DNA of 64,000 bases, from positions 11,532,001-11,596,000 of the forward strand of contig OX638166.1 of the NCBI GenBank assembly GCA_951804945.1, given 5' to 3'. The translations under genes were made by a program, and so were the position numbers. The stretch's first letter is position 1. Each line of letters begins with the position of its first letter. Of the stretch, positions 1-12,077 are shown piece after piece. This DNA comes from Podarcis cretensis (Eukaryota). The notes under the pieces were generated by a model, which was given only the letters and a program-made list of their open reading frames with translations, was not told the origin of the DNA and did no database searches.

Positions 1-701
1 CAGGACACTTTGAAAGCCCCTTGCTCCTTGCAAAGAGTCCCGCCCAGCTCTTTGAAGCCCCAGTAATCAGTGGCATTTCAAAGCACCGTGCAGGGCTCTT
101 TGCAAGGAGTGCCCCACCCACCTCTCATCTGTTCTCTGGCAGGGTGAAGGGGGAGATAAGGCTCTGGCCTGCTGACCAGCTACAGTTCCCTACTCCTGTG
201 CTAGGTGGAAGTTTATCAGCTGGATGTGGGCCACAGAGCAAGGCCCCATTATCTCTTTCCTCACTTTTAAGAAAGAAAACTATTTTAAATGCCTGCATGT
301 GAGAGAAAGAAATTCCACACTTTCATGTTATGCTGCTCTGTTTCGATTTTGTGTGCAGCTTGGCCGAATGTGCTGTGTAACTGTGAAGTTTTTACTACAA
401 GATGGCAGTTCCTGATGCAAATAGATCAGTTTATATGGCAAAATATATTTTGGGTTTCGGGGTCACTGGAGGATAGAGCTTGAATGAGGCAACTCTGGCA
501 CACTATTTTTGGATTTTCAGCCACCGTAATCTAAGCTTCTTTTTTTAAAGAAACAAACAACTCAGTTGTCTCCTATCTATGTTTCTTTGTTTTCAGGTTG
601 CAAAAGAGGAAAATTTGAATCCTGCCTAGGAGCTGCTAAGCATTTTGTGTGTGTTGCCTTGTTTATTTGTTTATTGAAATAAAATCTGTTGTGGTTTACA
701 G

Positions 702-842
702 ATTAGAAGCAGCAAAGGATGATTATCGAATTCGTTGTGAAGAGTTGGAAAAGGAAATTGTAGACTTGCGGCAACAAAATGAAGAATTAACAAACCTGGC
801 TGAAGAAGCTCAGTCTCTGAAGGACGAAATGGATGTATTAAG
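702..842 (+). CDS. HOOK3: HOOK3 coding exon (approx. human exon 10): (R)LEAAKDDYRIRCEELEKEIVDLRQQNEELTNLAEEAQSLKDEMDVLR
   Basis: tttacag|A acceptor and AG|gtaagc donor, 141 nt; coiled-coil peptide recognisable as Hook microtubule-tethering protein 3. Confidence 0.96.
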
Positions 843-967
843 GTAAGCCACTTCTCTGCCCATAAGAATGTATATTTCTTCATGGGGCTGATTCTCAAGA
901 ACAAAGTTCAGTGGTACATTCTATACACAGTTTTCTAATGGATGTACGTTGCCGGTTCTGAATAAGC

Positions 968-1210
968 CACACTGGCTTCCTGTCCGTTACTGAGACAATT
1001 CAGTGTGCTGGTTTTAAACTTTAAAGCCCTAAATGGCTTAGGAACAGCCTACCTAACAGCTTGCCTCTGTCTGTATGACTCCCTCAACATTTAAGATCTG
1101 CCTCAATGTCCTCCCAGCATCTGAACTAAGGCTGCTGGTGTGATAACTGAGACAGGGCATATTCAGATGTGTCTTTTGCTTCTAGAATTCCCAGAGAGAT
1201 TGCCTGGTGC
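968..1210 (+). mobile_element. Old L2/CR1-clade LINE 3' fragment
   Basis: Degenerate HWLPV...FKALNGLG.AYL motif typical of L2 ORF2 C-termini; boundaries approximate. Confidence 0.6.
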
Positions 1211-1441
1211 AATCATTGCCTTCCTTTTCTGCCAGGTGAAAATATCTCTGTTTGCTCCTTTCTTTTTGATTGCTTGATTTTATATTATGCTGGAATTCTG
1301 TTGTTATTTTGTAGTATGCTTATTTTTTTAATAATGCTTTCTAAGAGCTTCGGCCGAGCAGCAGCTAATAAACGCTTACATTAAAACACATGCAGTAAAG
1401 GTTTTCCACCTATGGAATCTGTGCAACATCCCTCCCTCCAG

Positions 1442-1643
1442 GCATTCATCTGACAAAGTGGACAAGTTAGAAGGCCAGGTGGAATCATACAAAAAGAAGT
1501 TGGAAGATCTTGGAGATCTACGGCGGCAAGTGAAGCTCTTGGAAGAGAAGAACACAATGTACATGCAAAACACTGTCAGCTTAGAAGAAGAGTTGAGGAA
1601 AGCCAATGCAGCCCGCAGTCAGCTGGAAACGTACAAGAGACAG
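1442..1643 (+). CDS. HOOK3: HOOK3 coding exon (approx. exon 11): HSSDKVDKLEGQVESYKKKLEDLGDLRRQVKLLEEKNTMYMQNTVSLEEELRKANAARSQLETYKRQ
   Basis: ccctccag acceptor, CAG|gtgagc donor, 202 nt; frame continues from previous exon. Confidence 0.97.
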
Positions 1644-3042
1644 GTGAGCACAGGAGGGAGTGAAATTGGAGCTACTCCATTTCCCATTACTTGTAAATCG
1701 CTTTATGCCAGTCACCTTACAATTTCTTCTGTTCCTCAGCCAAGCTAGTGACCAAAAAATCCCTCATGCAGTTTTTCACAGAAATGCTTTGAAACACTAT
1801 TCCAAATTTCATAAAATCCATATGATATTTTGGATTGAGAGTTGGACTTGGACTAGGGATGATTAGGTTTATATTCCCACAGCTACAAAACTCACTTGGC
1901 GACTGCTATTTTTAAAGGATCAAGTCTTAGAAGTGAACTTGGAAATAGTGGTGAATTTGTTAACAAGTAAAAACTAGAAGAAAAGCAATCCCTGTCATTA
2001 ACAGATGTGTTTGATAGAATCTGGTCAACTATAATTATGATTAAAATGGCACATTTTAGATGAGTGTGTAATGAACAGCCAATAGTTTTTCAAACGACGG
2101 TCATTAAACATAAATATAAAATATAATGCCTTTTGTTGTAATTATATTCTTTTGTACAAACGTTTTCAGTTGAATCAATATTTTAATTGTTTTAAAAGTA
2201 AAATGGGGAAGGGAGTTAAAATGGGTTATTTATAGGGCACTTGGGGCCCATGGTCCAAAAAAAGGCTTCCAATTTGCCACATTTTGGTTTAGTTTTATCC
2301 TTCGTTGCAAAATCATCCACCTGATATTTCTCCATGTATCTGAGGAAACAACAGCTTTGTCTTTCGTAAGAGTCCCTGATAGGGCAGAACAAATATTGCA
2401 TTTATTTTATATATCTGGTATAATAACCAGAAAAGCAAGTCATACTCTGAGACAGTGTATTGAAGAGAGTGTATTGAGATTCAGCTGCATTAACGTAGCT
2501 GTGTTATGGAGTCAGTTGTGAGATATCAGTAGCAGTCTGCTTACATCTTTGAGTAATTCATTCTGCAGGAGACAGCAGCTGGACACCAGTTTCATTTCCA
2601 TGAATACTTGCTTCTCCATATCTACTGATATTACCACCAGTAAAACAACAGATTGAGTAGTAATTGTATTTATCTCAGTTTAGCAATTTCAGTATTTGAA
2701 AATGGAAGGCAGCTATGATTGCCATTGAGTGAAAATCGACCATTGATACAGCTCCCTTATCAGCTGGTTCGTTTCAATGAATCATTCTAAAGTTTACCAG
2801 TTTAGGGTGTGATATAAAGCTAATCTGCACTTAACTGAAATCAGAAGCAAAAATTTCTGAACTTGTCATTACTGCACCCGAGGAAGATTGCAGCGGGGAG
2901 TGCACAAGTCCAAGACTCACCTGGGCTCATTCTTGTAACAATAAACATTTTTTTATTGTTGCAAATGAACGTGCCATTGGCTCTTACGATGATTCATACA
3001 TTTTTGTGTTATTGGTGATGTGATCCCTTCTTGCTCTTACAG

Positions 3043-3153
3043 GTAGTTGAACTCCAGAATAGATTGTCTGAAGAATCCAAGAAAGCAGACAAATTAGAAT
3101 TTGAGTACAAGATGCTGAAAGAAAAAGTAGACAGTCTGCAAAAAGAAAAAGAT
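3043..3153 (+). CDS. HOOK3: HOOK3 coding exon (approx. exon 12): VVELQNRLSEESKKADKLEFEYKMLKEKVDSLQKEKD
   Basis: ctcttacag acceptor, GAT|gtatgt donor, 111 nt, phase 0/0. Confidence 0.96.
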
Positions 3154-5775
3154 GTATGTATCTAAATGTTGCTTTTTCATCCTTGATAGAAGCAACTTTA
3201 TTAACTCTTATCTCTTAAAAGAGTTGGTTTTTGATGTTGTCCCCTTATAAATCCTAGGTTAAATGTCTTTCTCTGTGCTGTAATGTAGTAGATTTCCGGA
3301 GTGCTTCTAAAAGCCTCTTCCAGCTCTTCTATTGGTTTCCTGCCTTCTTTATCTTTGTCTACCTTCTTTGACCTCCTCTCCCACTCTAAGTCTCCATGAC
3401 AGTTCCTAGTAACTTCTTTTAACTACTGCAACTGATCATGTTGTCTCACTTTCTGCGTGGTTTTCTACAAGGCTCCATCGCTGTTTCACATGTCAGTTCA
3501 TATGTAATGCCAAACCATGGTTTACCCTATGTCTATGGGTTGAGCTTGCATGCTGTTCCCTCTCTCACTCCACAGTTTATTTGTGTGTTTAGAGGGCCTG
3601 TGGAAGCCATGGTTTGCCATAAACCAAATAACTTAGCAGTTCAGACAGGGACGAAAGAGCATTGTGAGCACAGGGCTCTTTCTTGTTGGCATAAAACCAT
3701 AGCTTGGAGTTACATGTCAACCAACCCATGGTGTCTGTTGGTGCTTGCATTTTCATCTGTGGTTTTAGGTTTATGCAAATAATTCCCAGATCTACTTTCT
3801 CATACCTGACTTTTTGTCTTCCATGTGATTGTTTGATGTATGATGTTTCCTTCTGGATGTGGTTGTCTCCCATCTCAGATTTAATGTGGTGAAAATTGAA
3901 AAGTTCACTGTCTACCTTAATCTTTCCCTATCCTATGCTTTTCCATCACTATTTGTGATGCATTTATCTTTCTTGTTTACCAGAACTATAGTTAGTTAGC
4001 TCATCTCTGCATTCTTTTTGACACACATTCAGGCAATGCCCCAGAGCTGACATTTTCTCCTGCCACTTTCACTATCCTTTAAAAACTTCAGAATACCTTT
4101 CACAAAACATCCTATCACTAAGGTCATTGTACTCCTCTATTTAAATCTGCTTCTATACTTCGATTCTCTGTTGACAAAGTGCATAAAATAAACTTGAAAA
4201 AGCTTTCAGCGTGCAGGGAGAAAATGGATTTGGCTGTAACACCAGAGCCAGCTGTCATCAACACTACTTTTTCCCTTCTTCAGATGATATACATGAGTAG
4301 TTGCACAACTTTAGGTAGAAAAGCCCTTATTTCATTAACTAGAGCAGGCTCTGTGGAGAAAGGGAGGTTTGTCTGTACATCAACATCTTGCTCTTAGTCT
4401 ACTCGTTAAAAACCTGGGTCACTTTCCATCTTCATCTCTTTGGCTTGGCACAAGTTTACCCTTTCCTGCTGCACATATTTTCTCCCAACATCTGTGTTCG
4501 TTGCTTTTCCCCCCTGCTATTGTCTGTCTCGTCCTCGCCTTCCCTATGCTTCGAGGCACCTCGCTGTCTCTCCAGCCTAATGCTGTCTCTCCTTCCTCCC
4601 ACAATTGCAACTGCTTCATCGTTGTCTGCTTCCTAGGTAGAAATTAAATCTCTTTTCAACGTATTTCAGCATGATTCCTTTTTTGTTGTTTATTGTTGAG
4701 GGCCCTGCTGCCACCATAGTGTAGGCCTGACTGGGCCATTTCTGAACCTACATACCATTCATACATTGAAAACATAAAACGTATATTAATTTCAGGTTCT
4801 AAAGGGCCAAGCATTCTAGAGCAGTGGCTGTCTAGCTTTTTACATTCAAATACATTATGAAGTACATGTTAGAACACTGAGATGTGGCTGAAAATGGCAG
4901 CCCCTTGCCAAGTCTCTTCCCCAGCCCTTCAACCCTCCCTCCACTAACAATTAGTTCAACTTGTCTGGCCCTGACGCTGTTATGTTGTGCATTTTGCTGC
5001 GTCACTCCATTTCATAGGTTGACAGCGGGCAAGGAAATGCACACTGTAATGATGTTGGAACACTGACAAAAATTGAACTAGTTGCTATAGAACTCTTGGT
5101 TTTGGCAACAACCCCTCGTTCAATGTAAAAGAGGGTTTGACTGGAGGTGGTGGACTGTTGGGACAGTGTGTGCAAACATTCAATTAATATATAGCAGGGG
5201 GACGTCTTTGTCTTCTTTCTGTTTAGTAGATGGATACGGCCAGCTCTAAACTGCTAGGCACACAGGCATTTTTGCTCTGGGGGTCACAAGGAGTTAATGC
5301 CTTTCTGCTTTAAAGCAATGCTGCTGATTTCCCCCAAAAAGTCCCCCCAAAAGTGGCATGGGGAATATATCAGATACTTCTTCACTGCATTACTTTGCCT
5401 GTTTTCCTTCCCCATAACTTTCTGGAATTGCTAATACAATTTTCCAGTTAGTGCAAGGAACTGTTTGACAGTTGGCACTGGCATTTTTCCTCTGCTGTTC
5501 AAAGCCCTGCATGATGTTGATGAGTTTGAGATTCCACAAGTCTGTGGAGTCTGGATATATTTACCTACTGCATAATAGGCCCTTTCAGAAGACAAACTAG
5601 CAGATATTTCATTTCATTTCTTTTAGTTTTGCTTTGAAGTTCTTCACATGGAAGACTTTTTTTGGATACATAGATGATTAAAATCCTGACATGCAATGGT
5701 AGCCATTTTAGCAGTGCTTCATGAGTTGACTTGTAGAATTGTCACATATTTATCTATGTTTTTCTTTCTATGTAG

Positions 5776-5863
5776 CGGTTAAGAATGGAGAGAGATTCCC
5801 TGAAAGAAACCATTGAAGAGATTCGATGTGTACAAGCACAAGAGGGGCAGCTTACTACTTCAG
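5776..5863 (+). CDS. HOOK3: HOOK3 coding exon (approx. exon 13): RLRMERDSLKETIEEIRCVQAQEGQLTTS
   Basis: ttctatgtag acceptor, CAG|gtaaag donor, 88 nt. Confidence 0.95.
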
Positions 5864-6625
5864 GTAAAGAAAATCAAGATTATGAGATTTCACCTAAAAC
5901 ATCATGTAGAGAGTGTGGTGTGTGAAATACAAGATTTTGTTGTGGCATTTCAGGGAGTAGGTTGGTGCTGTTATTCATGAGTATATTTTAATAATCTGTG
6001 TGTCCCAAGTTAGTATCCTTTGCTGGGTCTCTTTTCCATTAATATTCCTTTATTGCTCTTCCCACATTTTGGTTTATATTGCATGGAATAAATAAATTGG
6101 TTGACGTTACCAGAGAAGAGGGTCATTTGCTTTATGGTCCTAGGGTGTAAGAGTAGGTTCCTTCCATATGGAAGATAAAACATGCAGGGAGGGAGGGAGA
6201 GACTTCAGATGTTATAAATAAACTGCTTTTTTCAGAGCACTTGAATTCTAGAGAATTGGAAAATCAGGCTGTTGTTTCTCACAATATCATAAAAATCTCA
6301 CAGTGGTTTGCTTCAGGGGTCATAAAAGGTGTAACAGTCTATTGAAATATAGTTCATTTGCCTGTTCACCTGGAGCAATCCTGCAAGGGTGCATGCAGAT
6401 ACAGCAATTTGAGCTCAAAACGCCTTAATTCAGAATTTTTGTCAAGCACCTGGGTTTCATTAATCAAAATTAAGTTTAAGATTATATCAGTTACATTTTA
6501 AGTCTTTCTATTGTAGCATGAAAGTTGGAATATGCATTGAAATACATTTGAAATAATTTACTTCTGTCACATCCTAGATTAGCCCTACATGATCTAAGCG
6601 TTTTCTTTTTCACTCTTTAAAATAG

Positions 6626-6695
6626 GATTGTTGCCCCTGGGAGGTCAGGAATCTTCTGACAGTTTAGCAGCTGAAATTAGTACCCCTGAAATCAA
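6626..6695 (+). CDS. HOOK3: HOOK3 coding exon (approx. exon 14): GLLPLGGQESSDSLAAEISTPEIK
   Basis: aaaatag acceptor, CAA|gtaagt donor, 70 nt; frame consistent with neighbours. Confidence 0.94.
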
Positions 6696-6930
6696 GTAAG
6701 TCTGAATTATATGGTCCTCTTTATGTCAGCATTGTATTTCATTAATGTTTTCATTAGTAGTAAGAGAAGCTGTTGTTATCAGTCTCCACTCCGTTTATAA
6801 TGTTCCCTCCCCGCAATGTTTGGTAAGGCAGTTCTTAAAATACTGTTCTTTCTGTGTTAATGTTACTGATGTGTTCTTCTGAGTCCCATTGCTGAATTTG
6901 TAATCCTGGCTCTCATCTTGTTTATTCAAG

Positions 6931-7071
6931 GGAAAAACTCATTCGCCTTCAACATGAAAACAAGATACTAAAGTTGAACCAAGAAGGATCTGATAATGAA
7001 AAAATTGCCTTGTTACAGAGCCTTCTGGATGATGCTAATCTCCGAAAGAATGAATTGGAGACTGAGAACAG
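6931..7071 (+). CDS. HOOK3: HOOK3 coding exon (approx. exon 15): EKLIRLQHENKILKLNQEGSDNEKIALLQSLLDDANLRKNELETENR
   Basis: ttattcaag acceptor, CAG|gtaaga donor, 141 nt. Confidence 0.96.
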
Positions 7072-8353
7072 GTAAGAAAGGGCTGTTTCCCCTTCAAAAT
7101 GGGGTCGTGTTCCTCTTTTCTTCAGTTCTACTTGCCCTGTGACAAAGGTTATGGGCTCTAATAGCTTTATCTTTCACTGATCATATGACATGACAAAAGT
7201 TCTGTTTCTGCAGTGTATTCCACAGTATTTTAAGGGGAGATGCATGTACTCATGGTAAACATGATAATATTTGAAAGGAAGAAGAATGTGCTTTTTGAAG
7301 AAGGCCATTGTGTCTGCAGATATTTGGTGAACACACTTACAAGCCACAGCTGACCCCGGGATATATTTATTGCATGTTTGAAGATCTTTGTGTGCCTCCT
7401 TCATATGCTGCTGTGTTCATCATGGGAGACACTTATCGCATACACCTACGTTTGTACTGTGTAATGCATTCCTAAATCTGTACAAAATGCAAAAAGACCC
7501 ATGTTTGAAGTGTAGGTCTTAGGGAAGTCTTATGACACAGGCTGTATGTTTTTAAAGGTAGCTCTAAAATTCTTCAGGCTTGAAGACCCAGTTTCTCCTT
7601 TCTTTTCTCCATTCCACAAAAGATCATACTCTCTGGTGAAATTATGCTTCTAAACTGGGGCTCTAGGAAGTCTTCTAGCCATAAGCTTTATCCCTGGTGG
7701 TTCAAAGGCATGCCCTGCCGAGCTCTGCTTTCTTGCAGTCTGAGACAACGGGATTCTGGAAAAGTTTTAATGTCAGAGGGGTTTTTTTATACTGTGTTAA
7801 TATTTTCTTATTGATTTTCCTTTGGAAGCAGCTTGCAAGGTGCTGTATTCAGCAAGAGATGGCAATCAATATTGTTCTTTTAGCTGCCCTTTAATTCATC
7901 ACACTATAAAGTTTGTTTAGAAAGGCCCTATTATTGTCAGTTCCCAGTTTGGTTGGAATGACAGAGAAGGTCTTTTCTGTTGCCATGCCCTGACTTTGGA
8001 ATTCCCTGTTTTGCTGCCTCCTTTTTTGGCCTGCCAACTTATCGTTAAGGCCTTTGGCCTTGTCATAATTACTTGTCTATTAGATTTTTATTGCTGCTAT
8101 GTTTAACTTCTTCAATTGCTACCTTGCTATTTTTCACATGTTTTATGATTTCTGTTAGCCACCTTGAAATGCACAAGGTGAGGCTATCACTGTGTTTAAA
8201 AATAATACTTTGTGCCACGTGTTCAAATGCTGTATGAATTGCACACTGAATTGTAAACAAAATTGGGCGACTATGGTTTTTTGTTATAAGGAGAATAAAT
8301 AAGACTTAATAGTTGTGTCTGAGAAGAAAGTGATTTTTTCTCATTATTTCTAG

Positions 8354-8441
8354 GCTCGTAAATCAGAGACTGCTTGAAGTACAATCTCAGGTTGAAGAAC
8401 TGCAGAAATCCTTACAGGAACAAGGTTTAAAAACAGAAGAT
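8354..8441 (+). CDS. HOOK3: HOOK3 coding exon (approx. exon 16): LVNQRLLEVQSQVEELQKSLQEQGLKTED
   Basis: atttctag acceptor, GAT|gtaagt donor, 88 nt, ends in phase 0. Confidence 0.96.
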
Positions 8442-8789
8442 GTAAGTGGAAAAAGACAAAAACTTCTTGCAATCAGTTTATAATAATGCTGACTTTTCCA
8501 GCATCTGGTATTCTAACTCAATCGACTTTAAATTTTTCAAAGCTTCATTTGCTTTCACATGTAAAAATAAAATAATGTGATTCCCTGGTTCTAACTATTT
8601 TTAAATGGGATCAGAGTTCCCAGTTTCAGATAAGAAGCTTCCTGCTGGCAAGTCTAGTCAATATGGAGCAACTGAGTTGATCACCTGTTTGGTGTGTTCA
8701 CTGTACAGGACCACCATGTAAACACTAAATCATAGGTGGCTAACTTGTGGACCTCCAGGCATTGTAGAACTACAGTTTGCATCATCTGT

Positions 8790-8930
8790 GGCACAATGAG
8801 CCACAGTGTGTGTGGCTGTTGACAAGAAGTTTGTTGGTTCGAGCCCACCCAGGGATGGTTGTGGGCAGGATATTCCTTCATTTCAGGGGGTTGGACTAGA
8901 TGACCCTCGGGGTCCCTTCCCACTCTGAGT
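8790..8930 (+). mobile_element. tRNA-derived SINE with CR1-like tail
   Basis: B-box-like GGTTCGAGCCC followed by the tail ggggttggactagatgacc...cccttcc; the same tail recurs at about 41335-41390 (+) and 62290-62372 (-). Confidence 0.6.
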
Positions 8931-9501
8931 CTTTGGAGTTGTGATTCAGCAGTAGCTGGAGGCCCACAGATTAGCAGCCCATGCTCTTAAAAGCATTCAA
9001 CAAAGTGTGTCAGTTTTTTACTTTTCCTTGGATGTATATACTGTACAACCCCAGCCACTTTTGAATGGGGGGAAAAAAGATTTGCATTTTGTATCATTGT
9101 TAGGTGGGCTGCCATTCACCTCATCTAATTACTTCTGGTTGCTTTCGCATGTAGTCCTTACCTTACAGTGACCTCAACCATCTTTTGAAAGTTAAGGTCG
9201 AGTTGATATTCGTGTATGTGTTTTATTCAAAAGATGTCTCGTTGCAGCATTTGTGTTTTAATTAGAGCACTTATTCATATACTTGAAACGGGTTTGTGCT
9301 AGCTTTCCACAGCTCTCTAGAGGATGAGACAGGAGGAAGAGACCTTAGAGAGCAGAGAGAGAAGAAAATGTGCATGCTCTGAGAATGCCTTGCTTTAAAT
9401 GTGTTCTCTTCAGAAAGATACTATGTAGTTTATTCTGTTGGCTGCTGTTTGCTTCGTACTAATCTGTTGCCTCTGTCTCTCGGCACGGGTTTCTGCTGAA
9501 G

Positions 9502-9507
9502 GCTATT
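9502..9507 (+). CDS. HOOK3: Putative 6-nt alternative microexon of HOOK3 (GCT ATT = Ala-Ile)
   Basis: Branch point TACTAAT 9457-9463, pyrimidine tract, TGC at 9494-9496, aag|GCTATT|gtgagt; frame-preserving between two phase-0 junctions. Confidence 0.8.
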
Positions 9508-10869
9508 GTGAGTATGGCTTCCTATTTACTTCAATCTGCTCTTAATCAGTCAATGCCGATTTGTGGCTCTGTTTTTTCTTTTTAAGAGAAACTTAAATGG
9601 ATAAAGTTTCCGTTCTTATTCATGTTATGTTTCACGCTTTCTACGTGTTGTGCACCTGTGGCTTAGCAGAACCTTAGGGGGCGTACATCTCCCAAATATT
9701 TTTATGTGTGTTGTTATCGTGGCAATGCTTCAGCTGTGTTTGTTGCATGCTTCCTTAGACACAGGTGAAGAAGTTTGCAAGTACTGCAATCAACCACAAT
9801 TTCAGTTATTTAATTTGTAGTTAATGCTTTTACACAATTTTTATGTAGGCGTTTCCATACAGGACTGAGCCACATTAAAATTTACATTTATTGCGGTGTT
9901 CTCGCATTGTTCTTATGACAGAAATCATGACATGGGCTGTAAATCCCTTGTTTCTTAAATAGGGGTGCCTTAATATTTTATAACATTCCTAAATGAACAC
10001 ACTTCTGTGTAGGAATTGGCATGAAACCCATGTATGACTCAACTGCACCTTCTGAAGGGGAGGGCATTGGAGATCATCACCGCTCCTTTGCAAATGTTGC
10101 ACATGGCAATGTACATGTCGATTGCATGTACAAGATTTTTACATGAGACTTGCAATATGCTCCTCAAAACCTAGCTATACCTTTTTGAACAATTTGGAAG
10201 TGGTTTTAACAAATTTATGTACTATGCATTCTTATATATTTAGAAAGCAAAAAATTTCCATACTTGGTCAAATTAGTGCATTTAGATCAACGGTGCACAT
10301 ATGCTATGAACCTTGTCTGAATAGGGCTACATTGCATGTATGTAGCAGCTATGTTTTTGGCTTGTGTGGCACCGGTTAACTCCCTCGACTGTATCTCATT
10401 TTTTTTACAAAGTCGCTGAGGGTAGTAGCTGTCTGACAATTGACAAAATTGCTGCCAGAACAGAGCAGCCACATACCCAGCCTGTAACATAGCATGCCCA
10501 ATGCAACTGTGGGTCAGTTCATGCAGTAGGCACTAAATGAGACCATTCTGCCTGGCCATGCATACAGCTTGGAGGGTACCACTACTTTTCACTGACCTTC
10601 CGACAGCTTCAAGGATTCCTTCATCTTTCGAGGTGGGTGAATGAACAGGTAGCTGCTACAGATGGAATGGGTCACGTAGGACTTGGCTTAGGGGCTGCTG
10701 TGTGAACTGGACTCGAAATGAATTACATTACATTACATTGTACATGAGCGGTACAAAGCAGAACAACCTTAATCTTTTTTTAAAAAGCATTTTGTTAAAT
10801 TGTAAAAATGTCAGTTCCACCCATAAAATACATCTATATGCTAATGTTGGCAACAAAACCCAGTGGTGG

Positions 10870-10902
<33 letters not shown>

Positions 10903-11280
10903 ATACCCCACCCATCTGGCTGGGTCCCCCCCAGCCACTCTGGGCGGCTTCCAACAAAACACTAAAATACAATAACCTATTAAACATTAAAAGCTTCCCT
11001 AAACAGGGCTGCCTTCAGATGTCTTCTAAAAGTCTGGTAGTTATTTTTCTCTTTGACATCTGGTGGGAGGGCGTTCCACAGGGCGGGTGGCACTACCGAG
11101 AAGGCCCTCTGCCTGGTTCCTCATAACTTGGCTTCTCACAGTGAGGGAACCGCCAGAAGGCCCTCGGCGCTGGACCTCAGTTTCCGGGCAGAACGATGGG
11201 GGTGGAGACGCTCCTTCAGGTATACTGGACCGAGGCCGTTTAGGGCTTTAAAGGTCGGCACCAACACTTTGAATTGTGCT
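10870..11280 (-). mobile_element. L2-clade LINE 3' end, 5'-truncated, with (ATC)n tail
   Basis: Minus strand translates AQFKVLVPTFKALNGLGPVYLKERL...RAFSVVPPALWNALP with stops; (GAT)n microsatellite at 10870-10900 forms the tail. Confidence 0.85.
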
Positions 11281-11611
11281 CATGGCGCACTTTTGTCAGA
11301 GAAAAGCTACTTTTGGGAGGGGGGTGATATTTGGTATAAGAGCAGGTGGTCCTTAACCTTTCCCTGCTCCAATTCTCACCCCTCGCCTGGTGGGATTCCA
11401 GGTTTATATTAGTTTTTCCTTGCTTTCACATGTCTTGCACTGTGAGAAGAAATAAACTTAAGAGGGTCCAGCTGAAAAATATTAAGTACCTGAGGCTGCC
11501 CATTTAGGCTTTGTTGCACACATTTGCTTTAACTTTTTGTTCTACCCTCAGTTTTCAAATCTATGCCACAATGAATGCTTCAAATAACACTTTTTTTCCT
11601 TTTGTTTTTAG

Positions 11612-11646
11612 TCAGTCATTCTGAAAAAGAAGCTTGATGAACATCT
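11612..11646 (+). CDS. HOOK3: HOOK3 coding exon (approx. exon 17): SVILKKKLDEHL
   Basis: Long T tract plus ttag acceptor, CT|gtaagt donor, 35 nt. Confidence 0.93.
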
Positions 11647-11994
11647 GTAAGTAGTAAAATGTTTTCTGCTACTTATGTAAGGATAGTAAAACAATTATTC
11701 TTATCCCAGGCAGCACAGTTAGGAGTGAACCAGCTCGAGATGGTTAATACATTGAGCATTTAAAAGCTATTTTTAGATCCTAACCCTAAATATATTTTTT
11801 TAAAAGTTAGTACCACCAGTTCAGGGTATCTTGAGACTGTATTGTTAGCTTAATGAATTTTACCGATAGGGATCAGGTGGCATATATTTTGTTAAATTTG
11901 ACAGAAGTTTTAGAGTGTTATTCTGAAATAGGAATTTTCCAGGGAAAAGTAGTTCAGCAACCGGTCATACTCTGGCTCTATCTTTTTTTAATAG

Positions 11995-12077
11995 TGAAAA
12001 GCTGCATGAAGCTAATAATGAGCTTCAGAAGAAGCGAGCTATCATTGAAGAGTTAGAGCCTCGATATAACAACAGTT
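11995..12077 (+). CDS. HOOK3: HOOK3 coding exon (approx. exon 18): EKLHEANNELQKKRAIIEELEPRYNNS
   Basis: ttttaatag acceptor, T|gtaagt donor, 83 nt. Confidence 0.95.

Noticed and set aside
10863-11412. ORFs with poly-Met and Arg/Gly-rich sequence
   Set aside because: A (GAT)n microsatellite plus the antisense strand of an L2 fragment.
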